DNA of 63,496 bases, the filler included, from Hyphochytrium catenoides (lineage: Eukaryota; Protista; Hyphochytriomycota), in assembly GCA_900088475.1 (NCBI GenBank). It is 11 parts of 11 records of this genome, joined end to end, with 100 filler letters (N's around TTAATTAATTAA, not from the genome) between each part and the next. Parts side by side here need not be neighbours in the genome. Positions count along the whole stretch, not along the records: positions 33,029 to 51,069 come from FLMG01003185.1; positions 51,170 to 52,375 come from FLMG01000569.1; positions 52,476 to 54,556 come from FLMG01004398.1; 8 more parts are not named here. The stretch is one strand, 5' to 3'. Below are positions 40,957 to 53,154 of this stretch, piece after piece; positions within the stretch are counted from its first letter, which is position 1; the number at the start of each line of letters is the position of its first letter. The translations under genes and the position numbers were made by a program. Under the pieces are notes generated by a model, which was given only the letters and a program-made list of their open reading frames with translations, was not told where the DNA came from and did not search any database.

Positions 40957-43246
40957 TCTGCAATCAAAGGAAAGGAGACATCATAAGGATAACCATCACT
41001 TTGCAACCAAGTTCAGTACAGAGTAGTCTTCTTGCACCTGTTGGTTCTGTCTCCCTCTTTCCTCTGTCTTGCACCACCCCAGCAGTCAGACTTCTGAATT
41101 CTGAAGCTCCGATGAGCTCGTCCAGATCTTCATCAACATGAAAAGCTGATCAGTCCTGGCGCTGTCCCCTACCTCCAGCAGCAGGATCGCTCCCTACCAC
41201 AACATATTATCTTAGGCTTACATGCTTCGGGGTCCTTGGCAGGCTGGGGGGGCCAAACCGTCCAAAGGTTCTGATAGATATGATGATGACGAGATTACTA
41301 CAACTTGATGACTCACGACCTCGGTAATAAACCTATGAGGATCTAGTGGTGTAGGGACCTGCTGTCGGGCGTACTACTATCCATCAGCCATCAGCGCCGC
41401 ACCATGTCAAAGAAGAGGTGTGTGCCCGCTTCTGCAACCTCCGAGGGGCCATCTGGAAGCTATCAAACTCCGGGGGGACATCTGGAGCTATCTCCTGTAA
41501 AAGATTGCGGAAGATAATTCTGAAGATCATGCGGAAGATGTGATGAAGCTTTAAAAAAGCTTTGTTTGGCAGATTTTTATTGGACTCGTCCACAGCTCGT
41601 AGAGGTCTTGCCAGCGTCACAAGACTCTATGAGTACAAGACAAGATGTGAATACTTGTACCCTGGCAAGGGCCTTGTTGACGATGAGGCTCTTGCACTTG
41701 TAGCTGACAAGCTACTGGTCTACTATCCTCTCATGTACACTTGTCCCTGACAAGCCTCTAACTAGTCGGCGTCACAAGCATCAGCCTCAACACCAAGAGT
41801 CTTGATGCTTGTCATCTGTCGCCCCACTGCTTGCCAGTACTTCCAAGAACATTTACGTATATAATAGCTTAGTCTATGGGTAAGTCCATATCATCTCTTG
41901 TCCTCCGCCTACTTTTTATTACGTGAATTGTTGTGATGTCGACCTGATGATGATGAGTGGTGATGATGAGGAGATGGTGGAATAACAATCACCTGGCAGC
42001 TAGATCCTCGCCCTGGACAAGCTATCCTTTTCCCGGTCACTTTAAGAGATAGAACTGACTGACCAAGCCACGATTATAGTTCTTGAGAGCTATGGTATAT
42101 CATGTCCTCGCTTCCACTCGAGGCTGCTGTGTTACTCCACATCACATGAGCTATCTAAGTCAGGTGATGATTGACGATGGATGAAGACCGTCCCCACTAA
42201 ACTATTATCGTTGCATATGACATGCAAATATCTTGCTTCTTATCACGGACGCAGATGACAAAGAGACTTCTGTATGGCCAGCCTCCCTACACTGCTTGTT
42301 CGCCCTTCGTGATATGTGTCACCAGACACAGGTGGCTAAGATGAGTCCTCCTCCGCATCCTAAAGAGCTATCAAGTTGATTGATGGTGATCAAGACCACC
42401 GAGACCAATTAATTTACTCTCAATCGATCAGTATGAGATAAAAGTGTTGCTTCGTATTATGTTTACGAAGAGGATGACAAGAGACCCCATCTATGGCTAG
42501 CATATCTACGATGCGTGGCGCCATTCGTTATCACTCACCAGTCATAGGTGTCAAGATAAGTGAAGAGGTCATCCTCACTGTCCTCTTCCATCGTCGCCCT
42601 TGATGATGCTTCATCACGAACAATAGTTGTCGCTGATAGTTTGTTTACCTGACCACTCGTATAGGTGCCGTCTTTTCAAAAACCTCCTAGATAATAATAC
42701 TTCTCTAGCTTGTCCGACGGGATATGCTCTGGATCTTCCCAGGGAGCGATAGCCCCATTAATGTGCAGGGACAACAACATCATCTCCACGTTGTTTAGAA
42801 GAAGCAGGCTCGCCCTTCTGGACGTCCAGACGCACCAAAGTCTTTCTCGAATCCTGCTGCAGAGACGGAAAGTCCCAAGACACACCACCTAGAACGGCCA
42901 GCGATGAGCTAAAAATTTGCCCCATCAGAAGAAATGTTATCGAGCTTTTTTTACGACCTAGGACTTAAAGACGAAAGCGATAATGACGTAGAAATGCTGA
43001 GTAAGATCTCAGGATAGCAGCGAAGTCCAAGGCTCGTCTTCTTGACAAGTTCCCTACCGGAGCGCTACTCTTGGCGAGGTTGCTGCTAGAGAGTCACACG
43101 CTTTTCGATCATCTATTGCTTTGGTGTTCTGTCCTCTCTTCATCTTAGCTCTATCATAACAAAAGTCAGTCGGACAGACGAACTATCTCGACCTGAGAGC
43201 GGACTTCAAGACCATGGGCGTTCCACATACTTCTAAAGATTGCTGA

Positions 43247-44404
43247 CCTCAGAGCAAAGCGATACGATCTTCTCGGGAGGGCAATCCTGAAGCCCATGAA
43301 AGCTATTAATGACAAAATAGCGAAGAGGCCGTCCAAGAGCTCAGCAGTAGCGCCAGAAGCGTGATAAGGTGGAAAAGAAAGAACTGAGCAGCACCGTGGC
43401 TGATCAACGTCATCTTCACTATAATAGCAGCGATGATTTCGCTCATCGCATTGGTTTGAGATTGAAAGTCCAGCTTCCCGTATCGAGTAGGATGTGGGTC
43501 CAACTGAGAACAATCTTCAATCTGGCTTGTGATGTGAAAGAAGCGTATTACACGGAGGTTACATTCGCGAAGCTTCACGTCGACACTTCTGAGGACGAAT
43601 CCAAGTTCTGTGGGATTGACCCAACCAGGAAAGCAGTCACTGGAGGGGTACTAGGACTCTGTAGGAAAGCCTTCACCGAGCTGATGAGATCACCGAGCGA
43701 GAGGGCTCAGCACTTGGTTCTGCAAGGGTAACTGCTTATGCTGCTTCTTCTTCTGGTTCTCTATTGATGGGTGTCGCTCTATCATCGCTTTCTTTTGAAA
43801 GTAGAGATATGCAAGTCAACAGAGACGTTCCTTGTGAAGCAATCCAGTGCTTTGGCCTCCTCCTAATAAGCCATAGATGATGCAGATAGTAGACGTCTAA
43901 CATCTACTCACAGAAGTTGAAGAAGCTGTGGTTGTTAGTGCCCGACCTCATAGACATTTTCCAGGGCACTGACGACTGTATTGGCCAGTTAGCTACCTCC
44001 ATGTATGTCTTCAGACAGCTTCTCCGCTGTATGCTTTAGAGTGAGAAGCTTTCCTGGGTCAGGCCGACAGAGTTTGGATTCGTCCTCAGAAGTGTCGACG
44101 TAAAGCTTCGCGCAAGTGTCCTCCCTGTAGTATGCTTCCTTCATCACATCAAGCCAAAATGAAGATTCTCCGCCATTTTGACCCACACCCGCCTCGGTAC
44201 GCGAAGCGAGACTCCCAGACTTACCTATGCGATGAGCGATATCGTCGCTGAAGATGACGTTGATCAGCCTCAGCGCACTTCTTTGTTTCCCTGCCTATAA
44301 GATAAGTCATTCTGGAGCTGTTGTTGGACGCTTTCTTCGGTATCTTGTCCCTAATAATTCAATGGGCTTCAGGATCTCGCTCACTCGTATAGCTTTGCCT
44401 GAGG
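43247..44404. repeat. Diverged inverted duplication (about 43247-43640 + and 44041-44404 -) of a degenerate coding sequence
   Basis: Shared blocks on opposite strands include gctgatcaacgtcatcttca, gctcatcgcat and the 28-nt acgtcgacacttctgaggacgaatccaa. Both encode KEAYY.E...AKL.VDTSEDESK.C..DP. Confidence 0.85.
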
Positions 44405-45591
44405 TGAGCCACTTGTAGAGCTGCATATGGAACGCCCAGCGACTTGAATTGCATTCTCAGGTCCAGACATTTGGTCTGTCGGATAGCGGCGGTCTTCTTG
44501 GCAGCAAGAGTAATTCTCTCCGTGGCACCTTTGGGAAGGGAGTGATAAATAGAAAGTTTGGAAGCTTCTGTCTACTTCGTTGTACCACGGTCTTTCTCCC
44601 CCGGGGCCGCGGTTTTCTCTTCTACCACCGTGGCTCGTCGCGCTGAGCCGACACGAATTCACTGAGATCCTTTTACAATTGGTCGCACAGCCTTCTTCAT
44701 TCTCCATCCATTTCACACCACCGAGAACCTCTGGTAGGGGTGGGGGCTGCTACTGACCAGGCGACGGCATGCTTGCGGCGGTTATGGAGCAAGGAGACTG
44801 CTGGAAGCAGGTGGAACTGATGCCCCTGCGATGAAGTAAGAAGCTCGCTCTATTTGATGCGATGGGCGGTGACGGACGAGGAGGTGGAGCTCTTGCTGCT
44901 TTGGAGACGAGCTCCAGGACTGCTGCTGCTGCTGCCGCCTCTCTTGATTATGATTACCGAGCAGACAAGAGAAGAAGTGAGAAGAAGAGCACCCTACAAA
45001 GTAACATGGCGCAAGCAGTTCTTTAGTCTCACGCCTGTTGTGAAATGAGGTCCAGTCAGCCGCCCACATGATCACATCATCAAACTGAAGAGTGTACGGA
45101 CGACGGCGGCCTACTATCTGCCTGTACTGGCCGAGTTATCCAGACTGCCTGGAGGTGCAAGTGTGAGAGCTCTCATCTCATGCGGCCGCGCAGCGCGGAC
45201 CTTCTTCTTCCTTGCAAAGGACCCAGAAAAACAGAGAACAACATTGAACTTCTCTGTTTGATTTGGTGGCTGAGATTCTCAATCCAAACTGTAATAAATC
45301 TTCCGACAGTTTACCGTGTCATGGAGCTTTTCAAATGCTGGAGGAGAAGAAGTAGAGGCTCCTCCTATCATAGCGCCTTCGTTCTCTCAGTCGGAAGTAC
45401 CCGTCAATGATGTCTGCTGTTGACGCTTGAGACGGCAGATACGTACCCAAAAGGGCAAAAGCTTTTTTCTAGTGAAGCATTGCGCTGGCTGTAGGTGTGT
45501 TGAAAGTCAGGATTGAAGAAGTATTGACTGAACGGCAAGGAGGGAGGGGCGCCGGAGAGAAGGTTGTCTTGTTGAAGTTCGTGACTTCATT

Positions 45592-46644
45592 ATGTCTTCT
45601 CACAGCAAAAGGAGCCTACTGCTTGATGAGAATGAGCAGCAACAAGCCGTCGAGCAACCAAATGGAGACTTCTCTGAACTCGTTGGACCCTTCTGTCTTC
45701 TCCGACTGGACTCTGTTAGGAGGAAAGGCTTAGCTGTGGAGCTGCACTTTAAAGTCAAATGTTCCATAGTAGGAACTCAGCAACTCTCCGCTGATGCTCC
45801 AGAGAGCCATGTTATCAAGCGAGGACGAACGGAATCATCCTCACTGTCATACACAAGGTGCAGGGTATTTGAGGACGAAGGCTGCGCTGAGACCGTTTGT
45901 TCAGACCTCAAGAGTCAAAAAGAGAGGCAGACGCTTTTCATAGCGATTGACTGGCCCTTAACGCTCACCAGTAAGATTTACTCTCTTGATGAGGACTTCG
46001 AAGCTCCTGAGAAATCGGGTTATATGCCACTACGTTCAAGGCAAGAGGTGCTGAACCGAATCTCAAAAATTGAGCAGAGGGCTACTACTGAAGGATGTGG
46101 CTATAAGCAGAAATACACAGTGTTTCTTCCTGCTGCCAGTGAAGGGTATAAGGTCGTTCTGGTCGATGTGCTTGATTGGAATCGTCAGGATGTGCTGCTG
46201 TGCGCTGTCAAGGTCAGAGATCCGGCAGAGTTAGAGCTCGCACTGTTGTCAGTCCTTCAAAGTCTAAGGACATCGACCAGCATTCGCGAGGTCTTAACAA
46301 CCATAAGAGCTGCTCTTCCAGCTGCTGGAGCGGATCTGGTGCTATTCTATCGCATCTCGTATAGCCATTTGGGGAGAGTTCTCTCAACACCTAGCTGGCT
46401 AGACTTTCTTGACCTTGCTCAACAGTTCCAGCACGCGATCGCTAGATCTCAAACGAAGCCTCTTTCGGGCTACAGGGGCCGGGTGCTGTCTTCTAAAGAG
46501 CGCAGACAGCTCTCTGGAAAACGTGCATGTGTCCGCGAACAGCCCGTTAGACCTTTACAATTGCCTAACGGAAGGCTCTCAGGAACTTGTCATGGTAACA
46601 CTGCAAAAGGTCGCCGACAGTTGTACAACGGTGGCTCAAGATAG
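45592..46644 (+). CDS. Intronless hypothetical protein, possibly a degenerate kinesin-motor-like fold; may continue by frameshift to 46864
   Basis: 350-codon ATG-initiated ORF of normal complexity. The overlapping frame 46409-46864 also looks protein-like. Confidence 0.4.
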   Translation: MSSHSKRSLLLDENEQQQAVEQPNGDFSELVGPFCLLRLDSVRRKGLAVELHFKVKCSIVGTQQLSADAPESHVIKRGRTESSSLSYTRCRVFEDEGCAETVCSDLKSQKERQTLFIAIDWPLTLTSKIYSLDEDFEAPEKSGYMPLRSRQEVLNRISKIEQRATTEGCGYKQKYTVFLPAASEGYKVVLVDVLDWNRQDVLLCAVKVRDPAELELALLSVLQSLRTSTSIREVLTTIRAALPAAGADLVLFYRISYSHLGRVLSTPSWLDFLDLAQQFQHAIARSQTKPLSGYRGRVLSSKERRQLSGKRACVREQPVRPLQLPNGRLSGTCHGNTAKGRRQLYNGGSR

Positions 46645-48101
46645 GCTACTGGGAGGAGAGTGGTTATGGAGCAGACCTAACTCAACCGGCAGCTTTTGTC
46701 TAGGGATTGGGAGAACGACGGCTGCGGTGGAGTTTGATGATGTCTTTGGTATCGGAGAGGGGGTTCCCTTAGCTGTAACGAAGGTTGGTCAGATAACTCG
46801 GATCTGCAAAACGGAGCGCTGGGAAATGAACTTTGACTCGGATGCTCTGGCCTCATTCGACTGAACCACATTGAGGCAGCGAATGACGCTCGAAGACGGC
46901 AGCACAGGGCTCCGCTTGGCTTCTGTCTCATGATCTCCCCTCAATGGCAAGCGGAGTGGTCAGTTTAGAGCGGACGAGGAGGTACGTGACTATATTTATC
47001 CGGTTAACAGTCTGGTGAGGAGGAGTCACAATGTTCACACCGGCATCCTTACTGTGGTACTTGTAAGGCCTTCCAAAATGAATAAGCTCTCTGTCCGGCC
47101 GCGGCAAACCCATCCCTCCTCATTCCTTTTTTCTTATGCAATGCTAGCTAGGAGAAGGCACCTTTTGCAAACCAAGAACCTGAAATCCCTAGACTTCCAC
47201 GATAAGCCTCCTAGCTGGAATCTTTGCCTCACTAACATGAAAGCTCTCATATGTCAACCGAGAGCTCATGCTGATCCAGGGACCCGAGGGCTTGGAGCGG
47301 AGCGATAATAAGGATACGTTGATGATGCTGAAGGCTCTCTAGACAGCGAAGTCTAGAGCATAATATCGGACTCCCTTCTACTGGTGGTGGGACTTTGCTC
47401 TTTGGCGGGCTGAGCTTCGCACTTACTGACTCGGAACAGTTAATTGCTATCGGCGTGTCACCTGCAAAATTCAAAGCCCATGTCCTATTTCTTTCCTGTG
47501 TCTGAAGTGGCGCGAGACTAGGTATGCTCATTATTCAGATGGTGCAGTCCATATACTCCAGCGACGCCCGCGTACAGATTCCTCCTCTCTAACCGCATCT
47601 CGCTTGTCCGTGACAGCATATTATTACTCTCGTCAGCCACTCGAATAGTCTATCATCGGTGTTGCTCTGTCATCCTCTGAGTACCTGAGAGAGCGGTGAG
47701 ACCTTGAAGTTTGAACCCCACTTCCTAAGTGTTGGCCCCCGCTACCTGGTCCTTCGCTGCACTGGTGTCTGAAGATGTGCACTTCGTACATCTCAACCTC
47801 ACCGCAACACTGATGCTATCTTATCTCTAGTTCAGCCAGACTCACCTTCCTTAAGTTGCCGCCAGCAGACGCTGTAGAGATGAAGCCATGGAATAGGGCT
47901 GAAAGTGAGATGTTGACTAGGAAGAGCAGTATTTCTAAGCCTTAATTAAAGGATATACACGTAGATCCTTATAAATATTGTTGGCTATTGTGACACTGCA
48001 ACAGCAATCAGAGGTCATGAAGGAGGATAGCCGAGCTTGCCGCATGTCCCAACAAGAGAGGTCTAGATGCTCTCTAAGGATAGAGCAGGGGCACGATGCT
48101 A

Positions 48102-50955
48102 TCAGACAGCTGGCTTCTCTTTACTATTGGATGCAAGTTTTTTCTTCTCTAAGCAGCACTTTCTCTTGTCCTCCCAAGTGCAACAAGAGGAGATCTCCTC
48201 TAGGGTGCTCTGTAGAAGATAAAGCTCATTCTGCACTAAGTCACTGAACTGACCCCTGTCACAGAGGTCTTCTAATTTTTTCATCACCCGTCTCGGTCTC
48301 CCTCCCAACGAGGAAGTATCTAGCGCTCTAGAGGAGAGCGAATTAGCGTCGCAGCATGACTTCGAGGAAGGCTCTACCGCAAGCTGATACTGCACTATGA
48401 AGAGAAGTGTCAAACTCTCTGCCCAGCCTCTCTGAGAGAAAAGAGAATTGCTAGTTCTAGTCTCTTCTTGTCTCTCCTTCTCTATCTCCTCCGCGATCCG
48501 CAGTACCATTTGGCAAAGACGAGATTTGCCGACGTCTGCTAGCATTTCTTTGACAATCTGTTGATGTTCAGGGCTCAGCGCGTCGTAGTGTTGAAGATAG
48601 GAAGAGAACGAGTCGAGCCTCTCCTTCTGGCTCAACCTAGAGAGAATACTCCGAACTATTCTCTCTACCTCGGCTTCGTCCTGTTCCTCCCCTTCTTCCG
48701 TCTTAGGAGAGAACAAAAGCTTCCTCTCGCTCTCTATACATTCCTCAAAAATACGAATGAGGTCCCTCCATTTCTCCCTTCCTGCCGTGATGCGGAGAAG
48801 AGTCAACAGAGACGGGAACTTGTGCTCTCCAGAACGCTTAGAAAGAAGGACGTAGCCTCTGCTCTGTCCTGTGGAGGCGTCGATTGCTTGCATTGCCTTC
48901 CATAGAGTCTCCAGGGGTACCCAGTGCTGTGCGAGCGAGAGGAAGAGAGAGACATTCATCAGCAAACATGAGAAACAAAGAGTTGAGACATTGGCACCAA
49001 GAAGACAAAGGAAGAGGACATTGAAGGCAAGAAACGCAAAGCCAAAGCAGTAGAAGGAAGACAGTGCTCTTCCGTTTCCTTTCAGCTCCCCGCCCGTGCA
49101 ATAACCTCCTGCCCGTTCTTGTTGTCTGACTTCAGTTTCCCTCTTACTCCTTCCATTCCCTTCTTCCCTTTTCCTCGCTTCCTGTCCTCTGCTTTCCTTT
49201 GCGTTGACTTCTTTCGTACCGGCGGGTACTTGAACCTTGCAACGTCTAATATGAGCACTTGGTCGGTAGGCTCATGATATCCTCCTATGGGAGAGAAGTG
49301 GCCGTCTCCTGTTTGTCCCAACCCTTTCCGACTGTAAGCCACCACCAGCACTGAAAGGACGGAAGGGGACGAGCAAGTGGAACGAACGATTGCTCGAAAT
49401 GCCGCCAACGAAGCCTTCTCCTCTCTCTCTTCTGCAAAAGACAGAGGGTGTTAATGTTTCATAACAGCAAATCAGGAAAGAGATGTCCGCTCCATAAGAT
49501 TGTCCCTTTGGGTTCACTTTTTCTCTCTCAATGCCTGTTTTCCGCCACTCCGCCATCCCTTGTGCCTTTCTTCTCTGCCTAGCCCCACTCTTTCCGGCTG
49601 CTCTTGCCCTTTTCAGTAGGTTCTTCGGCTCCCTCTTGAGGGCTTTTTGAGCCTTCTAATAGCAGTTCAAAGCATCCTGATCTCCATCTCTTCTCCTCTC
49701 TCCTTCATGCCACGATAAAGCCTGCTTCTGGTTGCCATACCTCAGCAAGGGTTTGTGGAGCAGAAGAAGAAGACAGGGCCCTCTTCATGGTACAAAGTGC
49801 TCCATTGCACCTGGCCAAACAGAGAAACTCATCCATTGTGATGCCTTCTCTCTGCACAGTCTCCAGGGGAGAACAGCAGTCCAGCATCTCCTCGCTGAAC
49901 CAACGCCAGCTGCCCTTCCATATACGGCCGGGATCAACCTTGCAGAAAACGTGGGGCGTCAGAGAGGGAGAGAGAAGTGAGAGTTAAGAGGATGACCAAG
50001 AGAGCGCGTGTGGATCTTCGAAGCGCTCCGAAAATGAAAGAAGAAGAGAGAGAGAGACAAAGACAGAGAGAAGACTAATAGGAGTGCTAATGGTGAGAGG
50101 TATCTTTCTGTTCACCTCGAGGCTGTTGAGAGCCATAGAGAGAGAAGCCAAGCCACAATAAGCAGGCTCATTCTGTGTCAAGAAATTTGCAGCCAATCCA
50201 AAATAGACTTTAAGAGTGCCTGCATATAGAGAGAGGGCGATAGAGAGGGCGAGAGAGAAAGACAGACAGAGAGAGAGGGAGGGAGAGAGAGAGAGAGAGA
50301 GGGAGAGAGAGAGAGAGAGCAGTAATAGACTACATTAGAACACCAGATGCGCGGCAGTGAAATGGGAAAGAAAGCTGCAACATCTGCTAAGAGAGGAAGA
50401 CAAGAGAAGAGAGAAGAGAGGCACAGTAAACTGCAAAGACAGCCATCAGAGAGAGAAAGTAGAGGTAGAGGGAGGCAGGGGCGAGACAGATAGAGAGANN
50501 NNNNNNNNNNNNNNNNNNNNNNNNNNNNNNNNNNNNNNACTGAAGTCCACGCACGAAGAGGGCAACGGCCGCCGGTAGAAGGAGCGAGGAAGAGGCTGCG
50601 TGACAGCTGGCACCGAGTTGGAAGGCACAGGGGACGCAGCAGCAAAAGAACTTATTGAGTCCTTCTCTTTTTCAACGATGGCCGCGGAGCTAGCCGAGAG
50701 ATCACCCATTCTTCCTCTCGCTTTTATAAGACGCTCTTCCTTCTTCCTCTGCTGCCCCGCTAACAGTGAAGTCTTCTTCTCCCTGAAAGGTTTGGCGTGT
50801 GGGCTGCTTCTCCTGTCTCTTTGTGTTGGGAAATATCCTTGCTTCAAGAGGAGAAGAGCTGCAGTGGGAGGAGGGACTGCCTGTTGATGATTCCCTGGAG
50901 CAAGGACGCTGCTGATGGACGGAGCCAAGGCGTGTGACACCCAGTCCGACAACAT
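48102..50955 (-). CDS. PCS: Phytochelatin synthase with Cys-pair C-terminal extension, multi-exon; start codon uncertain (50955 or 50709)
   Basis: [21 protein letters not shown] (catalytic Cys), [36 protein letters not shown] (His), [12 protein letters not shown]|HWVPL (Asp), TGQSRGY. The C-terminus has three CC pairs. Confidence 0.95.
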
Positions 50956-51334
50956 CTGAACAGAGCCAGACAAAGGGGACGGTGAAAAACGGCGAAAACA
51001 GAGAGACAGAGAGAGAGAGAGAGGAGAAGAGAGAAGAGAGAGAAGAGAGAGGAAGAGAGAGAGAGAGAGNNNNNNNNNNNNNNNNNNNNNNNNNNNNNNN
51101 NNNNNNNNNNNNNTTAATTAATTAANNNNNNNNNNNNNNNNNNNNNNNNNNNNNNNNNNNNNNNNNNNNCTCTCTCTCTCTCTCTCTTTCTCTGCCACCT
51201 TCTAGTGCTCTCTCTTTGTGTGACTGTCACACATCAATTTTCGTCTTCTGTCCCTCTCTTCCTTGACTTCTGTCACACTGTTCTCCGCCCACCTCTTTAA
51301 CCTCTCTTTCTTCTCTCCTTTCTCTCTTGTCTAG

Positions 51335-51733
51335 GGCTGCATCCCACCCATGGTCTCCCTCGCTAGCTCTGAGGAGCTGAGTGTGGAGGGTCTGAGAGAC
51401 TTGGCGGCGGCTCTGAGCGGTCTCTCCAAGAATAAAAGCAGTCGAGGGAGAATGGTCAGCGACGGAGTGGTGCCCGCGCTCATCAACCTCTCAAAGGTTG
51501 AGAATGACGAGGTACAGCCCTTCCTCTTCCTTTCCTGCTTGTCTCTTTCTCTCTCCTTTTCTCTTCTTTTTTCCGCTCTCTCTCGCGTCGCCTCTCTTTG
51601 CTTTGATCTGCGTGCCCTGGTACCGCTTCCGTAAAAGCAAATGAACCTTCTAGCGTTTCTCCCTCGTCTTTCTCTCTTTCTCATTCCACTCCGATCTCAC
51701 AAGCTCACTCCCTTCCTTTTGGCCTTTCTCTCC

Positions 51734-51783
<50 letters not shown>

Positions 51784-52172
51784 GCTCTCTCCCCAATGAC
51801 TTCCAACAGCAAACCAAGCAGCATTGCTCTGTTGCTCTCTCCAACCTCTCGACCGCTTCGGTCACTCTGGAGGAAGGGACGGTGGCGGCGCTGATAAAAA
51901 TGTCCCTGGCAGGTGCGACCCACTGCCTCTCTCCCTTTGTGTGTCTCTGTCTGCATCTCTGTCTCTCCCTTACTCTCTTCTCTTTGTCTCTTCGCCGGTC
52001 TCTCTCCCCTCTCTCTCTCTCTCTCTCTCAATCTCTCTCTCTCCCTCATCTAGCTACCAGCACTCCTTCCGTCACGGAGATGGAAACGGCGGAGAAAGCT
52101 CCTGAGAAGCCCTGTCCGACGCTACAGAGAAGTCTTTCACGCGCTGCAAGTGAGAAGCCTGCCGTGAATCTG
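51335..52172 (+). CDS. Armadillo-repeat protein (Vac8-like), internal fragment of three exons
   Basis: GCIPPMVSLA...DLAAALSGLS...RMVSDGVVPALINLS...|QTKQHCSVALSNLS...GTVAALIKMS, with GT-AG introns. Confidence 0.75.
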
Positions 52173-53103
52173 GTAGGAAAACGCTGTCGTTCTCTCTCTC
52201 TCCCGCAGAATGCTATTCTCTCTCTCTCTCTTCCCTACCTCCTCCTGGTGCTTTTCTCTCTTTCTTCCTGACTCTCACCCTAAGCTCGTCACTCCGTCTT
52301 CTTGGTCCTTCCTTGATCCCTCACCTCTTTGCGCAACCGTTAACCCTAAACTGCATCTCTCTTTCTCTCTCTCTCNNNNNNNNNNNNNNNNNNNNNNNNN
52401 NNNNNNNNNNNNNNNNNNNTTAATTAATTAANNNNNNNNNNNNNNNNNNNNNNNNNNNNNNNNNNNNNNNNNNNNGAGAGAGAGAGAGAGAGAGAGAGAA
52501 CAAGAGAGAAAGAGAGAGGATGACGGAGAAAGGGTGGAGCAACACAGGAGATATATATACAGAGAAAAGCTCAAGAAGTAAAAGAGAGAGAGAGAGGAGA
52601 CCCTTGAAAAATAGGCGAAAGGCTTAGGGCTCGGGGTCGGAGAGCCAAAAGAGTTAATCTGAAGACTGACGAAAGAGTAATTTTGTGAAAGGGAAGAGAC
52701 AGGAAGAGGAAAGGCAGAGAGACGGAGAGAGAGAGAGAGAAAGAAAGAAAAAGAGAGAGACTGACAGTTACTTTGCCTTTCGTCTGTTCCCTTGCTCCGT
52801 GGAAAGACGTGAACGCTGATCTGATCCTCACCGCCGCAGATTAATGAAGCTTTGAATGGAGCTTTCTTCCGCACTTTTCTCTCTCGTCTCCCGCTCTTCC
52901 CTCTCTTTCTTCACACGTTTTTCTCTCTCTCTCTCTCTGTCTCTCCTCTCTCTCTCTCTCTCTTTCTTTTCCTCTCTTTCTTTTCCTCTCTCTCTCTCCC
53001 TTCCCCGGTGTCTCTCTTTCCTCTGTCTCTGTCTCTCTGTCCCTTTGCCACTGTCTCTGTCTCTCTGCCGCTGTCTCTCTGTCTCTCTGCCTCTCTCCCT
53101 CCC

Positions 53104-53154
<51 letters not shown>

